Assembly: GCA_010093745.1 (NCBI GenBank)
Contig: MU005977.1
Location: 62,001 to 122,195 of the forward strand
Reading direction: 5' to 3'
Length of the DNA: 60,195 nt
Source: Piedraia hortae CBS 480.64
Lineage: Eukaryota
Numbering within the stretch: the stretch's first letter is position 1; each line of letters begins with the position of its first letter. Positions 1-13,165 of this stretch are shown here, in pieces. Below the pieces are notes generated by a model. It was not told the origin of the DNA. It worked only from the letters and a program-made list of their open reading frames with translations, and made no database searches. A program made the translations under genes and the position numbers.

Positions 1-223
1 TCTAGGCGCGGAAATGACGCTCGTGGCGAATACGGCATTGTTGAGGGTGTTGGGGAGGTTGAAGGGTCTTCAGCCTGAGAGGGTCGTTGCGAGGGGTGTT
101 AGGGGCCCGGCGAGAGTGGATAAAATTCCGTTTGGAGATTCGGGGTTCCATGCGTATCTTGATGAGAGTTGGGCGGAGACGGGGCCGTTTCCGAGGAATT
201 TGAGGTGTGTTTATGAGGTGTAG
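1..223 (+). CDS. C-terminal end (partial) of probable psi-producing oxygenase / linoleate diol synthase (peroxidase-P450 fusion)
   Basis: The frame from base 2 reads LGAEMTLVANTALLRVLGRLKGLQ...KIPFGDSGFHAYLDESWAETGPFPRNLRCVYEV*. This resembles the recalled Ppo C-terminus after the heme Cys (CLGxxxxxxALTxMLKVxGRLxNL...FPFPxxMKxxW). Truncated by the window edge. Confidence 0.55.
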   Translation, partial: LGAEMTLVANTALLRVLGRLKGLQPERVVARGVRGPARVDKIPFGDSGFHAYLDESWAETGPFPRNLRCVYEV

Positions 224-478
224 ATGGGAAGGGTGTTGGAAGTGGTCTTTTTTTTTTTTTTTTTCTCTTGCTAGTACAGTCATAGATAGCACTCCGTCTT
301 CCTCTGTGGACGTCGGAAACATTAAAATTGCGCTGATCTTCTTTCCACTCGTAGGTTCCTGTCAATTGAAGGACGACGGGCTAGATGCGACTCAACAGAC
401 AAGGGTGTTCTACATCATTACATTCCTGCAACCACAAATTACTTCAGAATGGAAGGGGTATCATAAATTGCATTACAT

Positions 479-1591
479 CTAAGGGTTTCTACCATACGGC
501 GTTGCGCCCCCCAAGCCTCCATACGTAGTTGTATTCCCGTACGCAGGCGTGGTTGAGCCGTAGCCGGGCGTATGTCCATAAGCCGTATTCTGTCCGTACG
601 CCGTCGTCTGCACAAATGCAGGAGTCGTACCGCCATACGCAGTCCCATAATTTGTATTCTGAACATGCGCATCAGTGATTCCGCCATCGGGATTCATAGC
701 CTCCTTTGGAACTTCACGAATCTCATGTCCCATGTCAGTCATGTTGAGGAGATCACGCACGATGCGGGTGACTTTGTGCTGGAGGGTGTAGACAGTGTCG
801 TTCATGATTTGCTCGGGCGGCATGACGCCGGTGCCCTCGAGGTTGATGAAGAATTGCTTCGGCTCGGCGTCGTAGTTGAACTTGTCCATTTCCTGGGGCG
901 CTTCTTCCCACTCGGCGTTGCTGCTGACGGGCCATTCTTCCTTGGGGTTGGGGCCCTCGTGCCAGAGGGTTGTGTGGCGGAGTTTGTTGTGCGGGTCGTA
1001 CTCGAACCCGATGGCTGCCGTGGGAACCCACTTGGCGTGCTCTTTTCCAATGCCTTTCTTCGCGATGCAACGCAGACGTAGCTCCTGACCGCGTCGGAGT
1101 TGGCAAATAAGAGCACCGTTGCCGGACGGATCGGTGATAACAGGCATGCCGCGCGGAGGGAGCTCGTCCTCGTGGCCGATGCCGGGTCGCTGAAGCGTAT
1201 TACCGCTGATGGTCTCGGTAAACAGGTCCTTGGCGTATACTTTGACGTTTTGATCGGAGCTGCGGTTCGCAGCATGCAGACGCAAGATGACAGCGCAGTT
1301 GTCGCACAGCTCGTCGCAATTGCAGTCGCGAGTATACGCCATCTGATCCATCTCGCGCGAAACCAGGGGAATCATACCCAGACGGTGCGCGAGAAACTCG
1401 TCCGCCAGGACCGACGTGTTGGTTTCAATCTCCACCAGGTCAATCGCAATCGTCGGCACCTCAGACAACATGACGCGGCGCAGGCTGTTGGCCATGGCGA
1501 GCGACGTGTTCCTCAGCACGAACTCGATCATCGTCGGAGTCGCATTACGGATGCTGACCTGCAGTTCATTTTCGTAGTCGTACGCGTCCAT
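479..1591 (-). CDS. RPB3: DNA-directed RNA polymerase II subunit RPB3
   Basis: Intronless 370-aa ORF with ANSLRRVMLSEVPTIAID, LADEFLAHRLGMIPL, the Zn site CNCDELCDNC, and AKKGIGKEHAKW...FEYDPHNKLRHT. Confidence 0.97.
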   Translation of the reverse strand: MDAYDYENELQVSIRNATPTMIEFVLRNTSLAMANSLRRVMLSEVPTIAIDLVEIETNTSVLADEFLAHRLGMIPLVSREMDQMAYTRDCNCDELCDNCAVILRLHAANRSSDQNVKVYAKDLFTETISGNTLQRPGIGHEDELPPRGMPVITDPSGNGALICQLRRGQELRLRCIAKKGIGKEHAKWVPTAAIGFEYDPHNKLRHTTLWHEGPNPKEEWPVSSNAEWEEAPQEMDKFNYDAEPKQFFINLEGTGVMPPEQIMNDTVYTLQHKVTRIVRDLLNMTDMGHEIREVPKEAMNPDGGITDAHVQNTNYGTAYGGTTPAFVQTTAYGQNTAYGHTPGYGSTTPAYGNTTTYGGLGGATPYGRNP

Positions 1592-1736
1592 GGTGATGTG
1601 GAGGAGAAGGAAAACGCGTCCCAGCTGGAAGCTGTGGAAATTCTTGGGTCAAGTGATGCTAGCGCCGGCCCCTCCCGTCACAACCCTGCGGTGAACGCCC
1701 CGCGTTCACCTCAGCAGCCCCGCATCGCGCAACAAC

Positions 1737-1985
1737 ATGGCAGACTCCCAGCCAGCAGACGGCTTTCGCGAATCCGACTTTGTACCAGACGCTGAAAAGG
1801 GGCAGCAGCGAGAAGCCATCGAGCAGTTTGAGTTGGATCGCGGACAGCCCACCCAAGAAGACACGGAGTTGGAGCAGCTGCGAAACGAGTTCCCAAGCGT
1901 AGATGGCAGCCTCATTGCGGCCTTATATGGAGACCACCAGAATGCGGCAGCAGTACGCGAGGTGTTGAATGCGATTGCAAAGTGA
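1737..1985 (+). CDS. small CUE-like (ubiquitin-binding) domain protein
   Basis: 82-aa ORF divergent from RPB3. The C-terminal LEQLRNEFPSVDGSLIAALY...VREVL has the CUE FP motif. Confidence 0.65.
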   Translation: MADSQPADGFRESDFVPDAEKGQQREAIEQFELDRGQPTQEDTELEQLRNEFPSVDGSLIAALYGDHQNAAAVREVLNAIAK

Positions 1986-2460
1986 GGAGTCTGGGACTAT
2001 CACTGTATGCCTAGGCCAACCATGCATGTATTTTCTAACCAAAGCAAGACGCCGGGCAGCGTTGATGTATGTCGCTAGCAAACGGGCCGGTCCTCCCAGA
2101 GCGTTGGCGCAACGCGCGTGCAACCCCCAACTCTAAAGAGAAACTGGTTGAGCAGTCGTGGGGATCACGCCGAGCTCGGGGTGGAGATAGGTAGCTCTAC
2201 ACTCGTGTCACGTTTGCCAGAATGTGCATCAAGCTGTACGATATACCATGAACCGAGCCAAAGCTCGCTTCACGGGCTCTCATGAAAACGTTTCCAAGAT
2301 CATGCAAAACCCCCAGTGGTTGTTTCGGCGGGAGCTCCCGCAGGGACCTCCGCGGAGATTAGCCTTTGGTGTGAGGTCCCAGAATCAGACCACCTCGTAC
2401 ACTTTTGCAACTTTCAACTTCCCCTTAACACACGCCTTACACATTCCCTTAATCGCAATA

Positions 2461-3785
2461 ATGCTCGCTTCAGCCTCTGTCCGTTCAGTTCGTCGCGCTG
2501 GCGCTCGTTCGACCGTCCTGCAGGCCGTTCGCGCCGCCTCTGTATGGAGCAATGTTCCCCAAGGCCCCCCCGACGCCATTCTCGGTAAGCTTGCAGAGGA
2601 AAGTTAGCAAAGGATGCTGACAGTTCAGGCATTACCGAAGCATTCAAAAAGGATTCCAAGCAGGGGAAGATCAACCTGGGCGTTGGAGCCTACCGTGACG
2701 ACGCAGGCAAGCCGTACGTGCTTCCGTCAGTCCGCGAGGCTGAACAGCGCATCCTGAAGCAGAACCTCGACAAGGAGTATGCCGGCATTACCGGCGTTCC
2801 CGACTTCACGAAGGCCGCTGCTGTGCTGGCCTATGGCTCCGACTCTGCCGCCCTGAAGGAGGGCCGCATTGCTATTACCCAGTCTATCTCCGGTACAGGT
2901 GCCCTGCGGATTGGAGGCGCTTTCCTCGAACGCTTCTACCCGGGCGCCAAAACCATTTACATTCCGACGCCTTCGTGGGCTAACCACAAGGCCGTCTTCA
3001 GCGACAGTGGCCTTGAAGTCAAGTCGTATCGCTACTACAACAAGGACACCATTGGCCTCGACTTTGACGGCATGGTTGAGGATATCAAGAAGATGCCAGC
3101 CCGGAGCATCATTCTCCTGCACGCCTGCGCCCACAACCCTACGGGCGTTGACCCGACGCCCGGGCAGTGGCGCGCCATCTCGGATGCTGTCAAGGCCGGC
3201 AATCATTTCCCCTTTTTCGATATGGCGTATCAAGGCTTTGCGTCGGGCGACACCAATCGTGACGCGTATGCTTTGCGCTACTTCATCGAGCAGGGGCACC
3301 AGCCGTGTCTGGCCCAGTCCTTCGCCAAAAACATGGGCTTGTACGGCGAGCGCGTGGGCGCATTTTCCATGGTCACAGCTAGCCCGGAGGAGAAGGCGCG
3401 GGTTGACTCGCAGTTGAAAATCATTGTGCGTCCCCTTTACTCGAATCCGCCGGTGCATGGCGCACGTATTGCATCCACGATCCTCAACGATGCCGATCTG
3501 AACCGCCAGTGGCTTGGCGAGGTTAAGGGCATGGCGGACCGCATCATCAAGATGCGCGCGCTGCTGAAGGAGAATCTAGAGAAATTGGGGAGCAAGCGCA
3601 AGTGGAATCACATCACGGATCAGATCGGCATGTTTGCCTACACGGGTCTGACGCCGGAGCAAATGGGTCAGTTGGCAAAGGAGCACTCGGTCTACGCCAC
3701 GCGCGATGGCCGCATTTCGGTGGCGGGCATCACAAGCGAGAATGTGGGCCGGCTGGCGGAAGCCATTTTCCGCATTACAGGCTGA
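2461..3785 (+). CDS. AAT1: mitochondrial aspartate aminotransferase
   Basis: Exon 1 (2461-2584) has an Arg/Ala-rich presequence and [15 protein letters not shown] 44-nt intron (2585-2628) follows. Exon 2 has [31 protein letters not shown], the PLP lysine motif [13 protein letters not shown], and DGRISVAG. Confidence 0.96.
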
Positions 3786-3978
3786 AATAGAAAGTAAAAG
3801 TCGATAATTCAGACGGTGCGGCAATGACGTCGTCGTGGTTGCCTTCGCCTCCATCGCCCTCAGACCCCACCTTACATCCCCCGCGTGAACCGTGAACACT
3901 CTTGTCGTTGACCGTTCCGTCACCGTCTCCACCACCCGCGGCTCCGGCCCTAACCGCTAACCGGACTGGGCCTCCATC

Positions 3979-4687
3979 ATGTCTGCGACTCCGAAGGCCG
4001 ATAAGCCTGTGCAGCCCGCTGCCGTCTCCAAGCCTAATGCGACGACCAAAGCTGCTGAGACAAAGGTTTGCGCCGTGTCCAGCACGCGCTGTCCATGCTA
4101 ACCGCTCTTCCAGACTGCCGACAGCGATCCAAAATCGCCAGACGAAGATGCGTCCAGTACACCCGATTTTGGTGATCTGGTCGACTCGGCCGCCTTTGAG
4201 CAGATTCTAGAAATGGACGATGACGACGAGCGCGAATTCAGTAAGAGCATCGTGTACGATTTCTTTGCCCAGGCCAAGACCACATTTGAGAAGATGGACA
4301 AGAAGCTGTAAGTGATCTTACTGATGCGGCCAGCCGCCCGCTGATCGACCCCACAGGGAAGAGAAGAACCTCGCCCAGCTGTCGGAACTCGGTCACTTCC
4401 TCAAGGGCAGCTCGGCCGCGCTTGGCCTTACAAAGGTCAAGAACAGCTGCGAGAAGATTCAAAACTACGGCGCGCACAAGGACATGACTGGCACAAAGGA
4501 AGAGCCTGACGACAACGTCTGCCTAAAGCAATGCAAAACGACCATCGAGCAAGCCAAGGACGAGTTCAAAGATGTCCAGGCCGCGCTACGCAAGTTCTAC
4601 AAGGACGACGGAGAAGACGAGCCTGACGAACCTGACGAGCCTGACGAACCTGACGAGCCTGACGAGCCTGACGGCCAGTCCGACTAG
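3979..4687 (+). CDS. YPD1: histidine-containing phosphotransfer protein (HPt) of the HOG two-component phosphorelay
   Basis: Spliced by eye with two introns (~4066-4113 and ~4308-4356): FEQILEMDDDDEREFSKSIVYDFFAQAKTTF...LSELGHFLKGSSAALGLTKVKNSCEKIQNYG. HFLKGSS is the phospho-His motif. Confidence 0.93.
4616..4672 (+). repeat. 9-bp coding tandem repeat GACGARCCT x6 encoding (DEP)6
   Basis: Directly visible at the end of the YPD1 CDS. Confidence 0.95.
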
Positions 4688-7600
4688 ATGATGTCATGAT
4701 CCTCACCCCGCCTACCCCCGCACGCAACTCTATGATATTACTGAAAAACGTCCTGGTAATACGACCCTACAATGACTTAGAGCAGGTTATGAGCTTCTTC
4801 ACCTATCTTTGTCATTACAGATAGTCTTCCCCCTGAGCAACTAAACTTTCATTCATGATCTGAGAGAAGGGGGGTTTGTCCGTCGCATGGAGTTTGGTGT
4901 TTACATGGCTCTAGACAATGTCTCGAGAAAGAAGACTGCGTATTTGACTGTTCCACATACAAGCACATTCCCAGATGTCACGTGATACTCAATGGCTGTC
5001 GTCTGACAAGAACATCACCCTGGGCCGCTTCCAGCTAGACAAAATCGCAATTTTGTTTGACAGTGAAGCCTATAAACTTGTGACGAGAGATCGGGTAAGA
5101 CGAATCCTCTGCAAACTGATCATTACAGCAAATTGGAGCAATCTCCCGTAATCCCATCATCTTGGATTTGGTGAACAATTGGAAATGGAAAAGATGACTG
5201 TGGGCCCCGGCCAGAACGTTCGCCTGATACCTACATATACCTCGTTTCTCTCGTCGCGGTGCCGCCGGATCGGGAGACGGATTTGATTTACACCGAACTA
5301 TACTTCTCTCGACGAACTCAGTCGCGGAATCACTGCATCAACCACGCAAAATCATGCTTTCTAGGAGATGAAATACCGCACTGCCGAGGCCATGTGTCAA
5401 AGGGATATCCGCCGGGAGAGCGTTGCGGGCAGATACTGCGCTTCATTTTCCCAAGGGTTTGAGCGAGCTATGATGTGATATGCTATTTCCAAGGGAAGAG
5501 ATCATTTTACTGGGCGGTCGGCCCTGGACGTGGACACTGCCTTCCATCAGCCAAGAGAGGATGCAAAGGAGGGATCATGCAGTTACAGCACTCTTACTCA
5601 GCACTCGCCGGGAATTTTTTTTCACTGTGGACCATATCTTCGTTGATGAAGATAGCTCTCGTACTGCTGCCTGATGACCTCTTCGAAACAAGTATGGATT
5701 TGCGCCCCTTGATACGAATTCTAATACTATCATGAAAAATTTGAAAGGAGCAGTCCAATTACCTAAGTTACGTCCCTGTGGAACTGTCCAGCTACCGATG
5801 AATAACGCAAAAGAGTCTGCTAGCCCACTTTCAATCATTCCCCCCGCAAAAATATCAACACGGTGGCGTTGACCCTCCGAGACACAACCGACAGTGATCC
5901 ACTCTGTCTTCACTGGTTCGCCACCGGTTAACTTTCCACTCGATACATCCGCCCATTTGCTTCTCTCATCGAATCACCCGCCTGTGAGAAATCTCTCCTA
6001 CTGATTAGTTGTACACGGCCCGGCCCTCCATCGTGAGAAGCAACCTCTACCCGTCAGGGTTGCTCGGGCAGCCAACTCCCCTTTTCGTCTGGCCACTCCA
6101 GCCCCAATGCCCTCCTTTAGAACCATTGCTTCCGCCAGCCGAGAGCACTCCAATTCCCAGATTCCAATGATTGTCATACAGGTCTATCTCTTTCTCTCCC
6201 CCGTGGCCGATGAAATCACTTAAGCTTCATAGTCTACCTGGGCTGGTCACCGGGAAAGTTCCGATGGTTGTGAGCAGATGGGTCACAGTATCATCTGCTT
6301 TGAGACTGGGGTGGTCGAGAGGAATCGTTCAGCGTTGATTCCTCGGCGGGGTGAGCAACCAGCGTGGAGTTTATGCCAGAACTGTCACACTGATTGAGAT
6401 GTAACGCGAGGACGGTCTGCTCAGCTCAGGTGGTGGTGTAGCGAGTGAAGCCGCGGCTCCTAAAAGCTGCCGGGCATGACTCTGGTCACCGGACACGACA
6501 GGGCGAACTGAGGGTGCATCGTAAAGAGGACGACTGGCTCGGCAAAGGCGCGTTGGCACTAAGGAAGAGCGAAGACAAAATTGGCACGGATGAAGTCCGT
6601 AACTGCTCTGTCGACTTCACTGGAAGCCGTCAACTCCTCACCTCTTTGAGGTGGACTAGAGCAAGGTAGTTTCCGACCGCGTCTACATTGTCGAGCGGAG
6701 CGATGACATGGCGGTGGAATATCCTCTTCGCTGGATGGCACACCCCGAAAAGGAGAGGTTGGGGACCGGCAGCGGGCGCTGGAGATCGTGCTGTTTGTCA
6801 TGCTGAGATTGGTTTCCTGGACTGACGCTTCCAACTGATAACTCGTCATACACACTGTGTGCATCCTGCATTGCATGTTGAAAGCCTTGATTTCGCTGTT
6901 GAAGTCTCCAGGGACTTTTAGTAACTCCATCTTTCCGGGGAGGATTCTCTCTCTCTCTGCAATGAAGGCTCGGGATAAGATTAACAAATTTCTTCCAGTG
7001 GTCCCTCGACTTCTGGTGTCTTGCCTCTCAAGACATTCTCAACCTTGGCAAGCTTGACGGTAACGCAAGATTCCCGGGCTCATAACTGTAAACAACTGGG
7101 AAGACGGGCTGCTATCAGTTCGTGTCAGAAGGATGTGGCACCCACCATGACCAGAATCTCTCATAGAAGTCGAAACTTCTCAGGTTTTTTTACCCTTATA
7201 GAGGAAGTTTTCCCTGAGACGAGTCATTGTCTCGTTTATGCTTAAGGGCATGGTTCGCTGACGTTTTCTTGGCGAATGTGGTTAGACTGAGGTAGTGTGG
7301 AGAAGGTTTCGAACCTCACCTCACATAGAGATAGACAACTACATTCACCTTTTGGCCAAAGTTAAGTGCACGTATTTGTCGTTGATATACGTTCCGCTTT
7401 AGTTCTAGGAGGTTTACCCCTCCGACAGTTCGTTGATATCCCAGTATCTTGTGAAACGAGACAAGGTGAGCGTACTCGGTCGCAAGGAAAACACAGGAAA
7501 ATTGCTACCGGAGGCGCACGATCCGGCCTCTGTACTGGGTCATTCATCGTTGCATGAGTCGCTTCAGGGCGCTGATGACTTCAAGGGCACCGATCCTTTA

Positions 7601-8154
7601 ACCCCCTTTCGAGAAGTAATTTGCTTGTGGTTAAAGGGGAGGAACCGATAGTGTGAGTACACTAAGACATAAATAATGGTATAGTTGTATGTGCTGCATA
7701 CATGAAAGGACGTTGTACATGGTCATCACGTGACACCTCCTTCAACTCTTGTCGTTCGTTTCAGACTGTACCAGGTGCTGGGGTATCATTGGTGGGCAAT
7801 GCGTCAAACTAGTCAAGTTCAAGAGCGTTTCGTCTCAGTCTTGGTATAGAGTCTGGATGTAGGTAGAAGCGGAATGTTTCCGCACTTGCAAGGGAGGTTT
7901 CATCTAATTGGCTCATTCCTCTGGAGTGACCGCATCCGTTCTAGGGCTCCAATAACGAACCAAGTTGGGTCGGGCCGAACCTAGCAAGGCTGGGGGGTGC
8001 CGAACGGTACGCCCATAACCCGCAGGAGACCTCAAGTAGAACAAACAATACACTGCACCTCATATAGATCTGCATTCCATGTGCCATATTTCACTACATA
8101 GAGTTTCGGAGTCTTTTTACGAGAATGGAGAGCCTACAAGACTCTAGAGTAGTT

Positions 8155-8513
8155 TGTAGCGATAGTACTCTCGTGGATGGGAGTGCGCAGCGGCCCGAAC
8201 TAGGAGAACGTGGCGATAACGGAGATCAACGACAGGGATAGGAAAGATGCAGGTGGGTAGGAGTCAATACCAGTGTCGATGTGACAATGTAAAGGAGTCT
8301 GTATCTCTGCGAGGGGACGTCAGAATATATATTCTGCACCGGTGGGCCGGTGACATCACGTCGTACACTAGCAGGGCGCATTCGCCATTTCATATATGAC
8401 ATGACCCTGAGGGAAAAACTCTGCGGGGGAAAAACCTAGGGTGAAGCTGGTAATATGGGACTTACTGTGCAAGTGCTCCGCACACGCACTGATGGCGATG
8501 CTTGAATCGAAAA
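8155..8513 (+). mobile_element. solo LTR (copy 1) of an LTR retrotransposon family
   Basis: Starts TGTAGCGATA and ends CTTGAATCGAAAA (copies 2 and 3 end ...AACA). Flanked by a perfect 5-bp TSD TAGTT (8150-8154 and 8514-8518). Homologous to 13648-14020, 51666-52037 and 53178-53308. Confidence 0.9.
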
Positions 8514-11500
8514 TAGTTGAGCTTGCCAGCAACCTAAACCCTGCTGGGACGGGCTCCCGACAAACATCGACGAAGCCTGCCCCACCACAGCAATGTAACT
8601 GGGTTGGGGCTCGTCAACATCAATCAAGCTAGGATGAGTTGGCACGAGCAGCGTTTGGGGAGAAAAACTTAGCGGAAGCAAGCTATTCTATACTTTGTGT
8701 GATGGACAATAATATTGACAAACTAACAAAAGTTGTCGACAACTTAGCTTATAAGAACGCTATATTGCCGTCGAGCTTGGAACAAATATCTTTGAGGCCA
8801 CATTTCAACGCCTGGCGAATCCGGAGTCAGTACAGGCGGCGGATTGTTGCCAGAAGTCTTGCTGCTGCACGGTTGGATCCGTTGGTATGTATAACTCAGC
8901 TGCAGCGGGGTTTGAGCGGTCAGGAACGGGAACTACCGCCGCGCGAGAAGGGTTGAAGCTGAAGGTCGCAATATTTGGGCCAGAAGGTCGCTGTGTCCTT
9001 TTGCTAACTTTGCGAGGGGCCCCTGTCGCGCTGTTTGGCACCCGGGAAGTGAGACCGCGATTGCCGGAAATGGGGCTGGTGGTCTTGTGACTCTGGTCCC
9101 CTAGCCGCTCCACATGCTGCCGAAGGCTGAGCAGCCACGACTCGTCATCGGTGGCATCTGGATCATCGTTCAGCATGATTCCCTTGTGATGCGGTGGATG
9201 ATTGGCAGAAGGGTCCTGTATAATCCCCTGAAACGGGCAGACCCAGTGGCTATTGTCATAGCCGCGCTCGGCTTCGTGTCCGGCTTCAACTATTGTAAGT
9301 CAGCAACATGAGATACGGGAACACAACGCTCACAGTCTAGGCATGGATTAATGCTTTGCGGATATCCTGATACATAAGCGGCCTTCCTACAGGTCGAGGA
9401 GACATGATCAGTGTAGTTCGAAATGTCAGGGACTGGGCAGGTCGGGTAATTTCCGGCGCAGAAGCTGGGTTTATTCGTATGTGAAGGTGTGGCTTTTTGG
9501 CGTAAGAAGAGCTCTGAAAGTTAGGGCACTTAGCAGACGAACCTTGTGATACCATGCAAATGCCACTGTCGATAGTTGGATTCATATCAGATGGGTGAAA
9601 CTCTGCCAATGTCTCTGAGACAGAGGTCTGTAGCTGAATGTGAGAGAATGAAGATTTGGGGTACACATCCGTTGCCCGGGGTTGGTGAGTGACACCTGCC
9701 TATTTCCCTGAATAGTCAAGTGAACCCCGGCCAGGACTAAGCAGGTGTTGCTCACCAATGCAGGGAACTACTTTGATATGTCAATCGCCGATGAGGTGAC
9801 CAATGACTAATCTGCCAAAGTACAGACAGCCCGGCGAAGAAGCGGGGCATATCGGCCAACTTCCTCGTAGCCTGCCCTTTTCAGGATGTTAGATAATGAA
9901 CCCACTGATACTCGCTTTCTCATCAGTAACGCATCAGTGCTCCCATCGGAGCCTGCCCGAGATGGCATACTAAGTTGAGGGTTTTTATTTCCTCTTTTCA
10001 CCCTCCAATCACCTTCGTCAGCTTGCTGCCTTGTAACTCCAGTCCAATCATGACGGTCGACTACGCGTTACAGTCCCAAATACCGCCTCCACATTGAATC
10101 ATTCAGATCACCAAGCCCAAATGCGAACAACAAGGACATTCTTTGGCCACTGGAGCTGTGAGAGACATCCTTCCTCGCAACAGGTCTGTCTAATCATGCA
10201 GCACACATGGTCTTGCAGTTGTCCTCAGGGAGTCTTTCAGCGTGTTTCTCTCTCCACACGCCGGTAACGATCCTCTCGTCGGGGTCTACATCAAAACTCA
10301 CGCGACTACCACAGCGACTGACAGCCACGGTGAGACGAACGCGAAGCGGGGCCAAGACAAAACGAAGTGCGTCCAGGTTGAACTCGTTCTCACTCGGCAC
10401 AATCAACAAACCGACCAACAGGTATAGAAAACATCGAAGACTGTTAGTCTTTAACGTTTTCTTGACTCAATCCTCTCCACATACATACTAAGGAGCTAGC
10501 GGAATATGCTGCAGAAAAGCACAACACAAGGAATCACAAATGCTTGCAGAATTGTTTGTTTGAACTTAGAGCCATCTAAAGTGTCTCAGTTTACGACTCC
10601 AATTGTTGGCTTGGAACAAGGATGAAGGACAGGTGTGTGAAGTCCAGGTCACAGAGCCCTTACCAAAGGTTGTATTGAGTGAGAATAGGAGCACCTCCTC
10701 CCCTGCTAACTAGACATATCCACATTAGCAAAACCCCATCACCCAGGACGCACTCCAACATAAATGAGACAAGGACTCGTCTTCGGAAAATCTTCCTCCT
10801 TGGAGGTGAACATTCTGGAAGGCCCCGACGTCTATCTACGGTCCACCTGCAGAAAGTGCACACCCACCAAAAGTCTTCTTCAACCCTATCCGGACTTGTT
10901 CTTGAAGGTATGGTGGCCGTCCTGGGAGACATGCATCGCGCTGAGCAAGCAGTTGTCGTCAAGTGCAACTCCGCCCGTACAGCTGCACAGTGACGAATAC
11001 CTGGCCACAACGCCATCTCGCTGAGCCTGACGCGCTTGCTAGTTGCTGCATAGCATCAATTCATCAGGAGTAACATTTCCCACCAACCCGTGTTTGTCCA
11101 GCATTCCGTTATCACGAATCGAGTTTCCATCCTTCAACTCGGCCCCTGGATGAGCTGTTGGCTGTCGTCTCGATAGTACAAGGGATGGGTTTGGGCCCGA
11201 CAATATGGTCCAAGCTACTGTCCACTGTCCGCAAAGCTGCCTAAGTGCATCGTCTGGAATTTGTCTTCGCGGCACCGTAACACATTGTCCTTGTCTCAGC
11301 TAACGCTTCCACACGATGATCCCATCCTGACGTGTGGCCTCTTCCAGCTGGCGCTTCAGTTAGGCGATCACATTATCCATTCAGCGATATCTAGTCGTAT
11401 CACGCTGAGGTGGGAGCAAATACAGCTACCCATACATCATGCCCTCCTTAAACAGTCCACCAGGCCGTAACGTGCACCGGGCCAGTCTCATACCCCCTAG

Positions 11501-12229
11501 ATTGTCCTGAGACCCCGCTACTCCATTGCGCTTGTATTCGAACAAACGGGCCGTTTTCAGAAGCGCGAATTAAGCGTGCTAAGCCAGCGAGCGAGACCAA
11601 CCACGCTCGGAGGTGTTGGATATGACCGTTGAAAGCTTGCGACCAAATGGGTTGACTTGGACGTAGCAGCCTTCGCCACACGCTTTTGGGGCTAGGATGA
11701 CTGCGCACTTGCAGTTTGGCTGGCGGAGGTCTTTCCCACCGACAGTGACTCGATGGTGGAATATTTGAAGTGGGTCAGTTTCTTTGGCTTGGCTTCCATG
11801 AATTTCCAAGTGGTAGGTTTGGGTACGCGGCTCGAGCTCTGGGGTTGATCCTTGTTTGTGAGCTTGGCAGCCGGGGTCTTCTTTGCTGACCGGTGGGTGG
11901 AAATGGCTTCTCTGGACGGAACCAGTTCAGTACTTACCCAGATCTTCCACATAGATTTTCCGGTATATATTCTTGCCCATGAAACCCATCAGATCAACCG
12001 GCAAATCCAGAGCGTAGTGAGCCGGATCATTGTTGAGGTGCTCAGCGTCCCAACTGAGCGATAGGCGTACTCAGCCAGAGAAGTGGTGACGGTCAGTCCA
12101 CTGTCCATTCTCGTCAGCATCTCCTGTGTCAGGAGACCTTGTTGATTTGCACCCTAGATGTTCAAAGCTTAGCCCAATGCTAACGCTTTGTCTTCACGTT
12201 TCTTGTCTTGCAGCCACTTCCAATTCCAC

Positions 12230-13165
12230 CACCAGCCATGCGACATTCATGTACAGGAATTCTCGAAGTCTGAATTATGCCAGTCTGGGATTTGTCATTC
12301 TTACCAAACAGAGCGGTCGGTGTGCTTCGTATCCCCACCCGGCGTCCCTCTGGCCGAGGTTCATGTTTTATAGAAGCCAGCTAAAGCTTCGCCGACGAAT
12401 GAGAGAGTGGATGCTATCTGCATCTCTCTCCCGCTCGGTGAAGGTGTGCCTGGCCCAAGCGCAGTGTCAGAATGCGCTCAGCGACAACGGCCACCCAAGT
12501 GGAGAACTTGTGCAACTGTGGAAATCTGGGTGGGCTCCTTGTTCGCTGCAAGTCCATAACGTGGCGAGCCTTGCCAGTGCTGAGATGCTCAGCGTCTCAG
12601 CTTAGCGAAAACCAGATGGGCTTCATGTCCTCGGCCAGAAAAGTGCTGGTTAGGCTGTCGTCCATATATGTAAGCGTCTCCTGCGTCAGCAGGCCTTGGA
12701 ATTTGCTGTTGCGATGGGTGTCGTCGGCAGCCAGTTGACGCTCTGCCGGCGGATAAAGGAGAAGATGCTCTCCGTATCTCGCGCCAGCCGTCATGCACTC
12801 GGCGTGGATGAGTATCACCTCATTCAAGCCAAAGTAGGTGGTTTAGAAACTCTGGAGCGCTGTCCAGATCCCTCTTGGGGTGTCCGTACACACAGCGATC
12901 AATCAGACCCTTCGCACCCTTTCTATTCCTGCCGATGAAGTCGTCGGGCATCGCAACGAGATGAACAGTTTGGTACGATAGGCCCTTGCGCACGGACAGC
13001 ACGCACTCGACGTGGACGTCAAAATCCCCATCGTTGCGAACGAAAAGACTTTCAATGAGCGCTTTTGATGGCCGTGGCTGGGTTAGCAATAGCCTCGCTG
13101 CCTGTTCGAAGAGTGCATACTGTTTCTGCTGTTCTCGCCGCTTGGATGAGGGCAAGGCGGCCCAA
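12230..13165 (-). pseudogene. degenerate gene of unknown family Y (copy 1, with internal duplication)
   Basis: Exon (TTG)GRLALIQAARTAET, then an intron GTATGC..GCTAAC with a mutated acceptor, then NDGDFDVHVECVLSVRKGLSYQ..., RDTESIFSFIRRQSVNWLP and a second RDADSIHSLIRRRSFSWLL block. Contains frameshifts and stops. Homologous to 53345-54148. Confidence 0.65.

Noticed and set aside
572..1795. Long antisense and alternative-frame ORFs over RPB3 (likewise over AAT, RPL3, MNN11, gene X and others)
   Set aside because: Shadow ORFs produced by the codon bias of the real genes; no protein-like motifs.
4970..8150. Starship captain (DUF3435 tyrosine recombinase) or gag/pol at the island start
   Set aside because: No recognisable recombinase, reverse transcriptase or integrase motifs in the frames I read; only short degenerate ORFs. 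A sensitive HMM search could overturn this.
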